From: Octopus sinensis
Lineage: Eukaryota
DNA: 64,000 nt
Direction: 5' to 3'
Assembly (NCBI RefSeq): GCF_006345805.1
Contig: NC_043002.1
Coordinates: 19,282,001 to 19,346,000, forward strand
The translations under genes were made by a program, and so were the position numbers. Shown here one piece after another: positions 23,310 to 35,719 of the stretch. The notes under the pieces are model-generated. The model had not been told where the DNA came from and did no database searches. It saw nothing but the letters and a program-made list of their open reading frames with translations. The first letter of the stretch is position 1. Every line of letters starts with the position of its first letter.

Positions 23310-25270
23310 TTCTTGAACAACTTCATGAAATTGGAATTCTCCAACAGTTTGGGTTGGTTGGGGTAACAAAAATGTGTCTATGATGTCTGAAGTATATCTG
23401 GCAGTAATTACTCAAATTCTACAGTTGTCAAAGTAAATCCTGCTGAAATACAAGTCTTGGAATGTTTACAAAAGTTTTTGTAAATGTTCACAGTTGCAAT
23501 TGTATCACCTAATTCGATTCAAACAAGTTCATTCTGAATATAGGCATCTTTAGAATCAGATCTTTGTAAAATAACTGCATCATTACCAAGGCAAGACAGC
23601 AGTTTATTAAACCACTGTGATGCACACTTAAATTAGCATCAAACAGCATATGGCTTTAGTACCTATCACACTTCTGTTTATGTCATCTATTGCCACCTAT
23701 AGCATTATCTGCATATTTATGTTGGATTAATGTGACAAAGTTGTTAAAACTATAAGTTGATGAAATTAGGTATTGGTTGAACAAAACAACTAGAATGCAA
23801 AAGTTAGATCCAATCAGTTGACCAACTTTTAAAAATTAAGATAGGCCACCTTATACTAGAAATGGTATAGCTATATAGCTTTTACAGATTGTTACTAAAT
23901 TGGGTATCTTTAAATATTATGATCAGTTATACCAAACAAAGCACACAATTGTATATCTAGACAAACTAATAAAGCAAAACGGAACCATTAACAAAATTTA
24001 GAAAGCTAAAATATTCTAATATCTGTTAGTCTGTTAGTTTGCTGCATAAAGAAAAGAAAATAATCAGGATATTAATACTAAGGTAATATGAATTTAATGT
24101 TGCTGACAGAAAGGTCGTCTTTCACAGAGGAAAAGGTTTAAGGTCATCTTTCCGCAGAGAAAAGGGGCTTTTATTCAGATTACTTTTAGTTTATCTCATG
24201 AAATTGGAATTTACCAACAGTTTTGGTGCACAAAATGTGTCAGCAACGATTGCAGATGTAAATTTAGCAGTAGTTACTGCCAGTCCTAAATGCCTACAAG
24301 AATAATATGCTAAAATATAAGTCTTGTGATGTTTGGAAAAGTAAATGTGGTTGAAAGTATTCATATTTGTAGATGTATCGCCAAATAAAATCAAAATGAG
24401 GTTCATTTCAAATATAGACAAGTTTATTAATGGACACTGAACTTTGTAAACAAATTTTCAATATCTATCTCAATTTATGTACAATTACTGATGTTGGCAG
24501 CATTTATAGACATTATGATCCTAATCAAAAAAATTTATATCTACCTCATTTACAAGAGAGTAATAAACAGCTGTGATCTGTACTGAAATTTAACACCAAG
24601 CAGCATTCAGCTTTAGTATTTTACATTTATACCATTATTCCATTTATGTCATCTATTGCACTTTACTGCAAAATTTGTGTACCCATCCAACTCACTTTAA
24701 ACTCAGTTTGAAGTGAAAGACAAAGCCAGACTGCAAATTGGGGACAGACTAAAAACATAACAGCTAAGTCTAATCTAATCATGAGCTGACAAAAGCTGCC
24801 TGGATTTGGAGAATTAAGAAAATGCATTATCAGTAACATTTCCATTTCATGCTACTATGGACACACCTATTTGTTTGTACAAGTTGTTGACAACTTGAGA
24901 AGCTTGATGAACAATTAGATCAAATAAATCTTACAGTTATATAGCCATAAGAATAAGTAAATGGAATCACAGAATTTTAATAACTAACATTGTTAAGCAT
25001 AAAGCCTGTTTGCACAAAAACAAAATAACCATAAAAAAGGATATTTCACTATAAATATTGCTAATTGTATTCTCCAACTGAGAAAAACTTATATTTTTAT
25101 TATCATCATCATCTGATTAACCTTATGTGAAATTAGAGCTGGGATTTATCAAGAGTTTTGGAGCACAAAATATATAAGCAATAACTACAGAATTATAAAT
25201 ACCAACAATTACTGCTGATTCTAAGAGAGTTTTCACGAGTAAAAACCATAGCCATCATACACAAGTGAGG
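23310..25270 (-). pseudogene. Probable decayed class A GPCR relics (about three diverged ~0.9-kb units, plus one block at ~21520-21640)
   Basis: Mutually homologous blocks; broken translations give GN-LLIMHF, LDLAVMFLVCP, VAID(R)HK and FCAPKLL(I/V)N in TM1, TM2, TM3, TM6 order. Confidence 0.35.
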
Positions 25271-25470
25271 CCAGCCTAGAGGCATGTACCATACTTTCAC
25301 TAACTGTAGTCAGAAGTAGACATGATACCTAGGAGTCATGACCTAAGTTGACCTGGCTCCTTTAGAGTGTCAGGAACTATGGGTCAAAAACTCTTGTTGG
25401 ATGGAAGTTCCTCAGGCAATTTCTCACGCAGTCAACTTTCCCCATAGCAAGTTTACATTTATCAAAGTAT

Positions 25471-25570
25471 NNNNNNNNNNNNNNNNNNNNNNNNNNNNNN
25501 NNNNNNNNNNNNNNNNNNNNNNNNNNNNNNNNNNNNNNNNNNNNNNNNNNNNNNNNNNNNNNNNNNNNNN
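25471..25570. other. Assembly gap (100 N)
   Basis: Run of exactly 100 N, a typical placeholder for a gap of unknown size. Confidence 0.99.
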
Positions 25571-25613
25571 TGAAAGTATTCCTCCCTGTTGAAAATGTCG
25601 TATAAACCAAGTC

Positions 25614-26537
25614 CTAAAATTTCTCTTCCATTTCAAAGACAGTTTTGTCCCTAGTAAATATATTTACAAAACTTTTCTGGAATATTTTGTTGCAGAATCC
25701 ATATACCATAGGATTTAAGGATGAATTTAGAATCCAAGTACGATATAAAACTACTTTCAAAATCTGCAAGAAGTTAGAATCTTTGCAGTATGGATATGAG
25801 ACACAGAATATTAGAGTTGGTGAAAAACTGACAAAATACAAAACAGAAATTGAGATAAGCACAATGTTTGTGCGACTGATTCGTTCATGTTCCGAAGTTT
25901 CTTCATTATTTTTTTCTTTCTTGAAATGCTTATAAATCGTGTTCCGAACAAATGAATAAAGTACAGTCATGCTGAGGACAACAATACTGTGTATAATTAA
26001 TGCCATGAGAGCATATAACCAGAGGAATGGTCTTCTGAAGTCACTGCCACATATCATATACATCATATGTTCATGAGAAAAGGGAATACTATCAGCGTAG
26101 AAAAGAGGTGGCAGGACAAATGCAAGTGCTGCTACGATTAGGAAAATAATAAGAGTAATGCACATCTTTGAAGTAATTTGTTTGCTAGATGGATGACATA
26201 TCCTTCTGAATCTTTCAATGGCAATTATAAGAAGAATGAGGGATGACATGATAGAACAGGTGAAGACAATAAACTTGTATAATTTACACAAATATTTTGA
26301 TTGAATTGCTGGGTAAAGTTCAGCCATTTCCAGAGGCATTCCAAGGATACATCCAATGAGATCAATAACAGCCAGTACAAGGATGAATGTTTCTACATTG
26401 CTTTTCTTGGACTGTCGTGCATAAATATATATCACAAATATGTTACCTATGAGTCCCACAATTAGGAATAAAGGTATGAGGCTAAAAACAATTAATCTTG
26501 TAAACAAAACAGGATCAGACAAATGAGTAGCATTCAT
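25614..26537 (-). CDS. Single-exon orphan rhodopsin-family (class A) GPCR, paralog 1, 307 aa
   Basis: Seven hydrophobic segments; GN, LAVID, C3.25, IERF, SFSP, NPMVY; N-terminal NAT sequon. Confidence 0.95.
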   Translation of the reverse strand: MNATHLSDPVLFTRLIVFSLIPLFLIVGLIGNIFVIYIYARQSKKSNVETFILVLAVIDLIGCILGMPLEMAELYPAIQSKYLCKLYKFIVFTCSIMSSLILLIIAIERFRRICHPSSKQITSKMCITLIIFLIVAALAFVLPPLFYADSIPFSHEHMMYMICGSDFRRPFLWLYALMALIIHSIVVLSMTVLYSFVRNTIYKHFKKEKNNEETSEHERISRTNIVLISISVLYFVSFSPTLIFCVSYPYCKDSNFLQILKVVLYRTWILNSSLNPMVYGFCNKIFQKSFVNIFTRDKTVFEMEEKF

Positions 26538-27829
26538 GTTGAAACAAGTGTGTAGTTTCCAGTAAAGGAAGTATAACGTATATATGTTGATTATTGAAAT
26601 GTATATACGTGCATATGTTCATATATGTGTATAAATCTGTATAAAACACTAATGTCACATTAGTTTCAGATATGTACTTGTAGGTAAGCAAATTGATTAG
26701 TGCATTAACATCATTTGTAATCCAAACTTGTATACTGGAGATGATATTCTTTTTTGTTCTGTTGTTGCAGTTGAGTTCTTACACAAATACAATGTGAAGT
26801 AGCATTATCAGAGAGAGTTTTTTGTAATATCTTCTCTAATGAATTGTTAATTAATATACATCCTGTTTTATTTCACTAATTAGGTTAAAAGTAGATTATC
26901 ACAACTCAAATATGTACAAAATTAAGAAACCTAAATGGCAACAACATTTTACAAAATTACATTGTTTAATGATGAATACCAAAAGCACAAATAGTACTGG
27001 ACTAAAAATGTCAAGATATTTCCTCACACTTTTTACATTCTAAGCCCAAATCTTGCTGAGGTCAACTTTGCCTTTTAAATCTTTATGATTGAGAGAATAA
27101 GGTACCAGTCAAGTACTGGGGCCAATGATATTGACTTACACCCTCTTCTTAAAACTACAGGCTTCATGACTAAATCAGATTTCTCTATGAAATATAATGC
27201 TTATTTATTCACATTCTTTTGAATTAGTCATGCTTGTAGCTTCAAGGTTTCAATTATGTGATTGTTTTTAGAATAATATAGTAGGGTAAGTGTGACAGGC
27301 AAGATCTGGCCAGTTTGAAGATAAAGCAAACAAAATATTTTGGCTGGTGTCGACCAGTTGAAAGATTAAAGGGTTAAAGGCAATGAACTACCATAATCTT
27401 TAGCACATTGGAGAAAAGTTTTGTGGCATTTGATTCAGCACTTTACTGCCTGAGTTCCTACACAGCAAATTTCAAGTTGGAATTTTAGCCTTTTAGAGGA
27501 GGATTAAATAAATGCCAGTGAAGTCTTGGAATCAGTGGTGTTGACTGATCACCTGCTCTCATAATTCCTCACCTATACTACTGGCATTAGCTTTGACTAA
27601 CCAGGTCCCATCAAAACTGCTATTGTTGTGCCTAAATTAGGAATACCAATTAGTATCATTATTATCATTGCCACTCAAACTGGTTGTGAGACAAACAAAA
27701 TTGTATGCAGTATTTAGTTATGTCCTATAACATACTGAATGTAAATCTTGCTAGGAATTTGAACTCAGAACGTAGTGGCAGACAAAATACCACTGAGCAC
27801 TTCACCCAGCATGCTAACGATTCTGCCAG

Positions 27830-28190
27830 CTCGCCGCCTCTGTTTTGTTTGAAATCCTGCAGACTTGCAAGCATAGCAGGCTTGCTTCCTGCAACCTACA
27901 ATACCATACTATCTGTTTTCTTCAACTATCTAATACTTTCCTGATTATTCTGGCTGTGCCAAGGAGGCAAACATTTTGTAACAGTGCTACTGAACCCTCT
28001 ATTTCAATTTATCTTTATATCCCTGTTGATGCCTTCTGATACTGTCCCCAAGAACCCAACAATAATTGGCACTATCTTCACCTTTTTAATTTTCCAAAAC
28101 CGGGCTATTTCATACTTAAGAGGATGGTATATATCTATTTTTCATCTTATTATCAATATTATTATCATTTTCTTCATTATCATCTTCTTT
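27830..28190 (-). mobile_element. R4/Dong-like RLE non-LTR retrotransposon 3' fragment
   Basis: LKYEIARFWKIKKVKIVPIIVGFLGTV..LLGTARIIRKVL. Confidence 0.7.
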
Positions 28191-28289
28191 CAATTCCGTC
28201 TCCATTTTTTGCTGAGTGTCCCTACACATAGGGTAGGGAAATACACTGTGTTCATTAGTAGGCCATTAAAATATACACACTAGATTGTT

Positions 28290-28745
28290 CATTTACAAAG
28301 CTAATGTAAGCTATCAACTACTTCTAGGTATCACCCCTGGCATTTGATGGAGTCTATTTTCTTTATATTTCTAGTGTTTATTTTACCAGTGCATCTGCCA
28401 CACACAAAGACCATTTTCCCTGTTAACCTTCCTCAGATATTGCTGCACTTCTTATGCATCCATAGCTTGCACTGAGTACATCTTCTGGAGTTTCTACTTA
28501 CACCTTTTCTACAAATTGAGCAGGACCATCTCCCTAAAGGCATCTGTGACTTGTCTGCTTTCCTACGTACTAAGACTTTGGTTTTTGCTAAATTAGCTCA
28601 AATTCTAGACCTTGCTTCCACACCTGAAATTTTTTCTCTAGTTCTGGTAGTCAATTAGCTATAAAAACAAGGTCAACAGCACAGAGGAGTGAACAAAAGG
28701 GTGTTAAGGACTGATCCTTAGTGAAGCCCTACATGTACACTGAAT
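28290..28745 (-). mobile_element. RTE fragment (RT end plus PHD region)
   Basis: Reverse-complement match to ~16800-17250. Confidence 0.8.
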
Positions 28746-29289
28746 TCATATGCAATACTTGTAGCCGACCCTCACCTTACTGACAGCATCCCTGAACATG
28801 GCTTCTACAGCTCTCACCTACCATTCATCTATCCCTATTATGACTCAAAAGGAGAAGAGAATAACATTCTGATACTATGCAAGCCAAATGACAGAATAAT
28901 GATAATAACAACAATAATAATTTTGAATTTAGGTACAAGGCCAGCAATTTTGAATGGAGGTGGTATCTGATGCCAGTGACTCCAGTAACTGAATGGCACT
29001 TTATTTTGCAGCCAGAACCTAAAGAGCTGGAAAAAATAGGTCTTCTCAACTAGGTGTTATGTGGAGCTAAACAACAAAAAAACATAATAAAACATTTATA
29101 AGAAATTGAAAATATCCATAACTACAATTTTCAAAGCATAAAATTACTAGGCTCAGCACCTTCACAAACAGGATTTGTGCCATAAATTGAATATATTAAA
29201 CTTATTAACACACACCCTAGAAGGGTTTATTTCTTAAATAAGTATTTATTTCTTAAATAGGTATGCCATTTTCATTTCAAACAGATTAT

Positions 29290-29430
29290 GTCGATTACAT
29301 TGACCCCAGTGCGTAACTGGTACTTAATTTATCGACCCTGAAAGGATGAAAGGCAAAGTCAACCTCGGCGGAATTTGAACTCAGAAAGCAGCGGCGGATG
29401 AAATACCACAAAGCATTTCGCCCAGCTCAC
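29290..29430 (-). mobile_element. SINE fragment
   Basis: TTATCGACCCTGAAAGGATGAAAGGCAAAGTCAACCTCGGCGGAATTTGAACTCAG; related copies near 27060, 50250, 52760 and 55500. Confidence 0.7.
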
Positions 29431-29699
29431 TACCTGTTTGTCCAATTTCTGTTAAGAAAACATTCACTTTCATGCAACTCCTATACAAATGGACTATAGT
29501 AGCGTTTCACTCTATGGAATGTTGTTTACTGCTATTATTGTTGTTGTTGTTCTGCTTCTTCTTCTTAGTATTCCCATCTTCCAAACTATCTATCTGAGTG
29601 TTTGGGATGATTTTTTTTAAAATTAACTGTTGTTGCTGTTGATAGTATTGTACTTTTGAAAGTATTAATTAGCATATCTTGTGAAACAGTTGAAAATAT

Positions 29700-30025
29700 T
29701 CTGCACAGGGAACTTGGCATGATGAACACTTCTGCTCAGCAAATGCAATGTCTTCTGATAATAGATCCACACCAGGCTGATCGCATCACAGCAAAATCTG
29801 ATATTGTTTGAGGCAGATCCAACTGATTTCCTTGAACAGTTCTAAGTTAGGATGAGTGTTGGATTCATCACTTTCAGCCCGAGACAAAGAGACAATCAAG
29901 GCAGTAGAAATATCCCTTCTCATCTGCCCCAAAGTAGACTAAGATGTTTCATGTGCAGAGAAGGCGATGGCCTCAGTTTTTTGGGAAGCAAAAATACTGT
30001 CTTTATTGACTATCATCAAAAGGAG
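29700..30025 (+). mobile_element. Mariner transposase relic (catalytic-domain start, Himar-like)
   Basis: DECWIHHFQPETKRQS..KAMASVFWEAK..FIDY resembles mariner DETW..KVMASVFWDA. Confidence 0.8.
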
Positions 30026-30599
30026 TGGTATTCTGCTTGTATCAAGTTACAGATTAATATATATTCTACTTGGTTTAACTTAATAGATTCATCTTACAAT
30101 CTAGTATCACAATATGGGACAAAATTAGGAAACTTAAGTAGGAAAGATGATTCAAACACTTACATTTTCCCAATTTGATTTCTTTAATATTGGAGTTTTA
30201 CTGTGACACTAGTGGTGTCCCTAATCACACAATGAACTGTAATAATGACCTACCAGTGAGTTATGATTCATAGCAATGAGGACAGAGTGTTGTGAAAAGC
30301 AGACAACATTCAGGGAAATATGTTCAATATCTTTGTGGTGATAGACATTAACACCCCTGGATGTTTAAAAGATGGACTCATTGAATTTCTTAAAAAGAGT
30401 AACATATATCATTCAGACAACAGAAGGCATTTTGGAGTTTCGTGTAAGCAGTAGTAGAAGTACGTCATGTGAAGACATTACTTTACCTCTGCTTTGTTAA
30501 ATCATCATCATCATCATCATCATTGTTTAACGTCCGTTTTCCATGCCAGCATGGGTTATCCAAACGTAAGGATATAAAAGTGGCAATGAAATATTTGAA

Positions 30600-32045
30600 G
30601 CTTGCATTGGACACGAAACCCATGAAAAAAATCATTAATATGGAGGACTTATTGGCCTGCGTGGTGCAGTTGCAACAGAAGCAACAACAACAGCAGCTGC
30701 AACAGCAACAACAAGAACATCAACAGTTGCTGGAATGTTGAAGAAGTCTGAAAATACTTCAAGTTTGATCCTGCCGGATGGCATAGCAAACTCAATTGGA
30801 GAGTTCATTTATAATCCAGAAGAAGATAGTTTCTCTGCAAATTTTTGAAGATATGAAGAAATCTTCAATGAATGTAGAAATTGGACTGACAAGAATAAAA
30901 CGCAACTACTTTTAAGAAAGTTATCCTCTGCTGAACATAGAAAGTATTGTAATTATATTCTGCCAAAGAAAACAAGTGAGATTTGTTTTGATGAAAGAGC
31001 TTTTTATTGAAAATTTTCAGTGAAAGAAGTTCCTTTTTCAATACTCGCTGGCAGTGTTTAAATTTCTTTAAAAAAGATGATGAAGATTTTGTCACCTATG
31101 CTGGGATTGTTAACAGAGAGTGTGAAAAATTCAAATTAAATGAATTAACTCTGGACATGTTCAAATGACTAATTTTTGTTCAAGGTCTAGCTGCAAGCAA
31201 AGATGCAAAGTATATGTTTCCAGATATTAACAAAATTAGAACAGGACCAAAAATTAACTCTACAGGCAGTAGCAGAAGAATGCTAGAGAATTATAAATTT
31301 AAGACAGGACATGGATAAAATTGAAGAAAAAGATTGCTCTCATATTCAAGTCTATCAACCTATAACAGATAAGAAAAAAGAAAAACAAACATCAAGACCC
31401 AATTCATGCTATGGATATGGAGGTTTGCCTTTTAAAAATCTAATATGTTTTGAGTGTGGAAAAACTGGACATAAAAGCTCATAACAAAAAAAAAATCTAA
31501 TGAAAAGAATTTTGGCAAGAATGTACTGTCAACAAAAATTCTAAGCAAGGCTGAGAAAAAAAAATTGATTTCATAAAAATGAATAATGTGAATGTCAGGT
31601 TATAATTGGATATAATTGGATATGAGCAGTGATATCATGATAATTAACAAAGATACATGGAGAAAAATCGGAAACCTAGAATAAAAGAAACTTCAAAAAT
31701 TGCATGTGGTGTTTTAAGAAAAAGTTGTATTTTAAGGATGAAATGATAAGTGATGTTATGTTTCATGGAAAAACCTTGAAAGCCAAAGTTTTTGTACTGA
31801 ATAATATGACAAATTTATTTGGAATAGACTGGATGGAGTTATTTAAGTCATGGGACCTCCCCATAAATATTCTTTGTAGAAATGTAAATGGTTCTTCTAC
31901 CAGTACAAGTAAGGTGTTAGAGGAGTTAAAAATAGAATTAAAAAAGATTTTTCCTGAAGTTTTTTCTGATGAATTAAGTCTTTGTGCCAAAACAAAGGCG
32001 AAGTTTCAAGTAAAAGAAAATGCTATACTTGTTTTCTTTGGCAGA
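30600..32045 (+). mobile_element. Ty3/Gypsy gag-protease relic
   Basis: LLLRKLSSAEH..YILPK, CFECGKTGH knuckle, LDMSSD protease-like site, NLFGIDW, FPEVFSDEL; many stops. Confidence 0.8.
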
Positions 32046-32233
32046 ATATAATTACAATACTTTCCAAGTTCAGCAGAGGATAACTTTCTTAAAAGTTAAG
32101 CAACAAACAACACAGGTAAAGAAATATGTAAATTTCAACACATCCATTACTATAATCTTCAGAACATAACATTACTATACTCAACACATTTACAAACAGG
32201 AAGTGTTCCATAAATTGAATATATCAAACATAT

Positions 32234-32379
32234 TAGGAAGGGCATCCAGCCGTAGAAACACTGCCAGATTTGACTGGGCCTGATGAAGCCTTCTGGCTTC
32301 ACAGACCCCAGTAGAACCGTCCAACCCATGCTAGCATGGAAAACGGACGCTAAACGATGATGATGATGATGATGATGAT
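32234..32379 (+). mobile_element. RTE 3'-tail short copy
   Basis: TAGGAAGGGCATCCAGC...CGCTAAACGATGATGAT, as at 18200-18339. Confidence 0.85.
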
Positions 32380-33380
32380 TAATACACACACATACACACA
32401 CACAAATAAAATACATTGTATGTACCAAAGACATGGGAAAATGTTGAAAAGTGAAACAATGATGATAATGTTGATCACAACTCTAGAAGGGTTTGTTTCT
32501 TAAATAAGTATAAAAATTGCTAATGATGTTTGTAAAATAAAAGATTGAAGAGTTGGTGATGATGACAACAATAATAATTTCTAATTTAGGTATAAGGTCA
32601 AAAGTTTAAAGGGGAGGAAGTAAACCGATACCATAAACACAACTCCTTGAATGGTACTTCATTTAAAAAAAAGCCTGAGATGAAATCAGATCCTCAAGAG
32701 CAAGAAAAAAGATCTCTTCTCAATTAGTAGTGAGGAGGTGATAAAAACAAAAAACAAAGAAAAATACATAATAAAACAAACATCAAAAATTTAAGCCATC
32801 CTTTATTAATCTACTAAGCTTTAGCAGTTTTGACACAACTTCAAAAATATTAACAACTTAAATTTTCTCATCATGATAATGATGATGATGATGATGATAA
32901 CAACAACAACAATTTTCTCGTACTTTCCTGAATTTTTCAAATGTAGATCTAAAATGTAATATAAAAACTGTGGGATTCAAATAGTTTTCAGTTTATAGTA
33001 GAACTTGCATAAACAGCTATGTTCCCATAGAAAGTGTAAAACAACAACAGAAACTAGTATAAATATGTTATAGAGAAAGTGTTCGGGTGTTCAAATTGAT
33101 CTTTCTGATACATACCTACCTTAGACTGACTCTGTGATAAGGATACAAACAGCATATTTTAAAACGTTCACATTTCTATCGAAACATTCCAATTTTATGA
33201 AAGAAAATATAATTTTCTAAATATTAAAATAAAAATGGAAAAAGTAATTATTTCATTAAACACCTCAATCCTTGAGTTATTTTCAATCTAGTGCATTTCC
33301 TATGAAATCGTAAGCAAAGGAAATGTTTCTGCTACTTGAAAGTATTCCTCGATATTAAAAAGTGTGGTGTAAACCAAATC

Positions 33381-34304
33381 TTAAAATTTCTCCTCCATTT
33401 CAAAGACAATTTTATCCCGAGTAAATATATTTACAAAACTTTTGCGGAATATTTTGTTACAAAACCCATACACAAAGGGATTTAAAGATGAATTTAGTAT
33501 CCAAGTACGGTATAAAACTACTTTCAAAATCTGCAACAAGTTAGAATCTTTGAAGTATGGATGTATGACAATAAAAACAAGAACTGGTAAAAAACTGACA
33601 AAAAACAAAACAGAAATTGAAATAAGTACAATGTTTGTGCGACTAAATTGGTCTTGTTTGAAAGCTGCTTCTTTACTTTGCTTGTTCTTGAAATGCTGAG
33701 TAATAGTCTTCTGAACAAGCGAATAAAGTACAGTCATGGTTGAGAATAGCATAATGTGAAGAATTAATGCTGCTAGAATGTATGACCAGGCAGGTGACCT
33801 TCTAAGGTCACAGCAACATATCATATACACCTTATCTTCATAGGTAAAGGGAACATATTCAAAGTAAATCAGAACTGGCAATACCAATGCAACTGATGTT
33901 ACAATTATGAAAATAATAAGAGTTTGCCGTAGTTTTGGAGTAATTTGTTTGCCATGTGGACAACATACTTTTCTGAATCTTTCAACAGCAATAGTAAACA
34001 AAATCAAGGACGACATGGCAGAACACATGAAGACAACAAACTTGTATAATTTACACAAATATTTTGATTGTATTGCCAGGTAGAGTTCAGCCATTTCCAG
34101 AGGCATTCCAAGGATACATCCAATGAGATCAATAACAGCCAGTACAAGGATGAATGTTTCTACATTGCTTTTCTGGGACTGTCGTGCATAAATATATATC
34201 ACACATAAGTTACCTATGAGTCCCACAATTAGGAATACAAGTATGATATTCAAAGCAACAAATCTTGAATATATAACAGGATCAGCCAAATAGGTTGCAT
34301 TCAT
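33381..34304 (-). CDS. Single-exon orphan class A GPCR, paralog 2, 307 aa
   Basis: GN, LAVID, VERF, SFLP, NPFVY; clear paralog of 25614-26537. Confidence 0.95.
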   Translation of the reverse strand: MNATYLADPVIYSRFVALNIILVFLIVGLIGNLCVIYIYARQSQKSNVETFILVLAVIDLIGCILGMPLEMAELYLAIQSKYLCKLYKFVVFMCSAMSSLILFTIAVERFRKVCCPHGKQITPKLRQTLIIFIIVTSVALVLPVLIYFEYVPFTYEDKVYMICCCDLRRSPAWSYILAALILHIMLFSTMTVLYSLVQKTITQHFKNKQSKEAAFKQDQFSRTNIVLISISVLFFVSFLPVLVFIVIHPYFKDSNLLQILKVVLYRTWILNSSLNPFVYGFCNKIFRKSFVNIFTRDKIVFEMEEKF

Positions 34305-34388
34305 GTTGAAACAAGTGTGTAGTTTCTAGTTTAATAAGTACAATGTATATATGTTGATTGTCGTTATATATATATATAAATCTGGCTC

Positions 34389-34444
<56 letters not shown>

Positions 34445-35144
34445 ACCTGTATAAATGACTGATGAAGCAGTGATTTCAGAGATATCCTTACAGTTTGGTA
34501 ACTTGGTTAGTGCATTAACATCATCTGTAATCCAAACTTGTATACTGAGGATGATATGTGTTTTGTTCTGTTGTAGTTGAGTTCTTACACAAATGCAATT
34601 ACAATGTGAAGTAAACATCCACAGAGAATTATCAAAGTAATATGCAATAGCTAGAGTTGTATTCTCCCTATATAAGGTTACAGATACATCCTGCCTTTTT
34701 AAACTTATATTCAACTTATGATATAGCATCAGAATATTTGACTCATTAAAATCAGGAAATTTAAGCAGGAAGGATGATTCAAACTCTTACATTTCATCTA
34801 TTTGCTATTTTTAATATTGCAACTTTTCTGTGGTGCTTCACTGTTTAGAAGTGGCATCCCTAGTTACACAATGGACTTAAATGATCACTTCATCAGTGTG
34901 TTGTGACTCTTGGCAATGGAGGCAGAGTGCTGTGATAATCAGGCGACATTCCAGCAATATATAGCTGCAGGGAGAGAAAATCACCTGATTTAGACAGATT
35001 ACTGTATGGTCTATATATATATATTTATATGTCAGACTTGTTCAATAACCTTTTGGCAGTGGGATACCAAAACTCGCAACAGTAGTTTTGATGAGAAAAA
35101 ACTGAAACAAGGGGAACCACATGGATAATTTTCAGGACATAACT

Positions 35145-35715
35145 TTTGCTCAGAGTGTAAGTGCCCTGAGAGAAATGTTAGACATAAGAAGCATCAGATG
35201 TGGCGTGCATGAGAGACGTTTGCGTTGGTATGTCATGTACTGCAGATGGATGAGGAGAGCTATGTGAAGAAGTGCCATTCCCAAACAGTGGAAGGAATCC
35301 AGGGTAGAGGGAGACCCAGGAAGACATGGGATGAGGTGGTGAAGCATGACCTTCAAATGTTGGGCCTCACAGAGGCTATGACAAAAGACCGAGACTCTGG
35401 AGATATGCTGTGACCGAGAAGACCCAGCAAATAAAGTGAGTCCACAGCTGTAACCTACACCAGTGGTGCATAACCAGCCCACTCAAAAGTACCTTGGATC
35501 GTAGGGCAACATGCTGTGCTTGAGGAGACCTATTGAGTCAAGTACATCAACATCAACAGCAATATTAAAATCAAATCAAATGGAAATTGTAGTTGTGAGC
35601 CCTGTGCTGGTAGCACATAATAAGAATCATCGGAATGTGACCGATGCCAGTGCCGCTTTGACTGGCTTCCATGCAGGTGGTATGCAAAAAGTACCATCCA
35701 ATCATGAGAGCACTA
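35145..35715 (+). mobile_element. RTE 3' fragment
   Basis: GRGRPRKTWDEVVKHDL plus 3' UTR. Confidence 0.85.
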
Positions 35716-35719
35716 CTAA

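Noticed and set aside
25645-25935. Plus-strand ORFs overlapping each GPCR (..LQNPYT.GFKDE..)
   Set aside because: Antisense shadows of the conserved TM7 coding sequence, with inconsistent starts.
30469-30741. Poly-Q ORF as a host gene
   Set aside because: It is the N-terminus of the decayed Gypsy gag joined to an RTE tail fragment.
32281-32330. CTGATGA as a hammerhead ribozyme core
   Set aside because: No GAAA or flanking stems in the right arrangement; it is part of an RTE tail variant.
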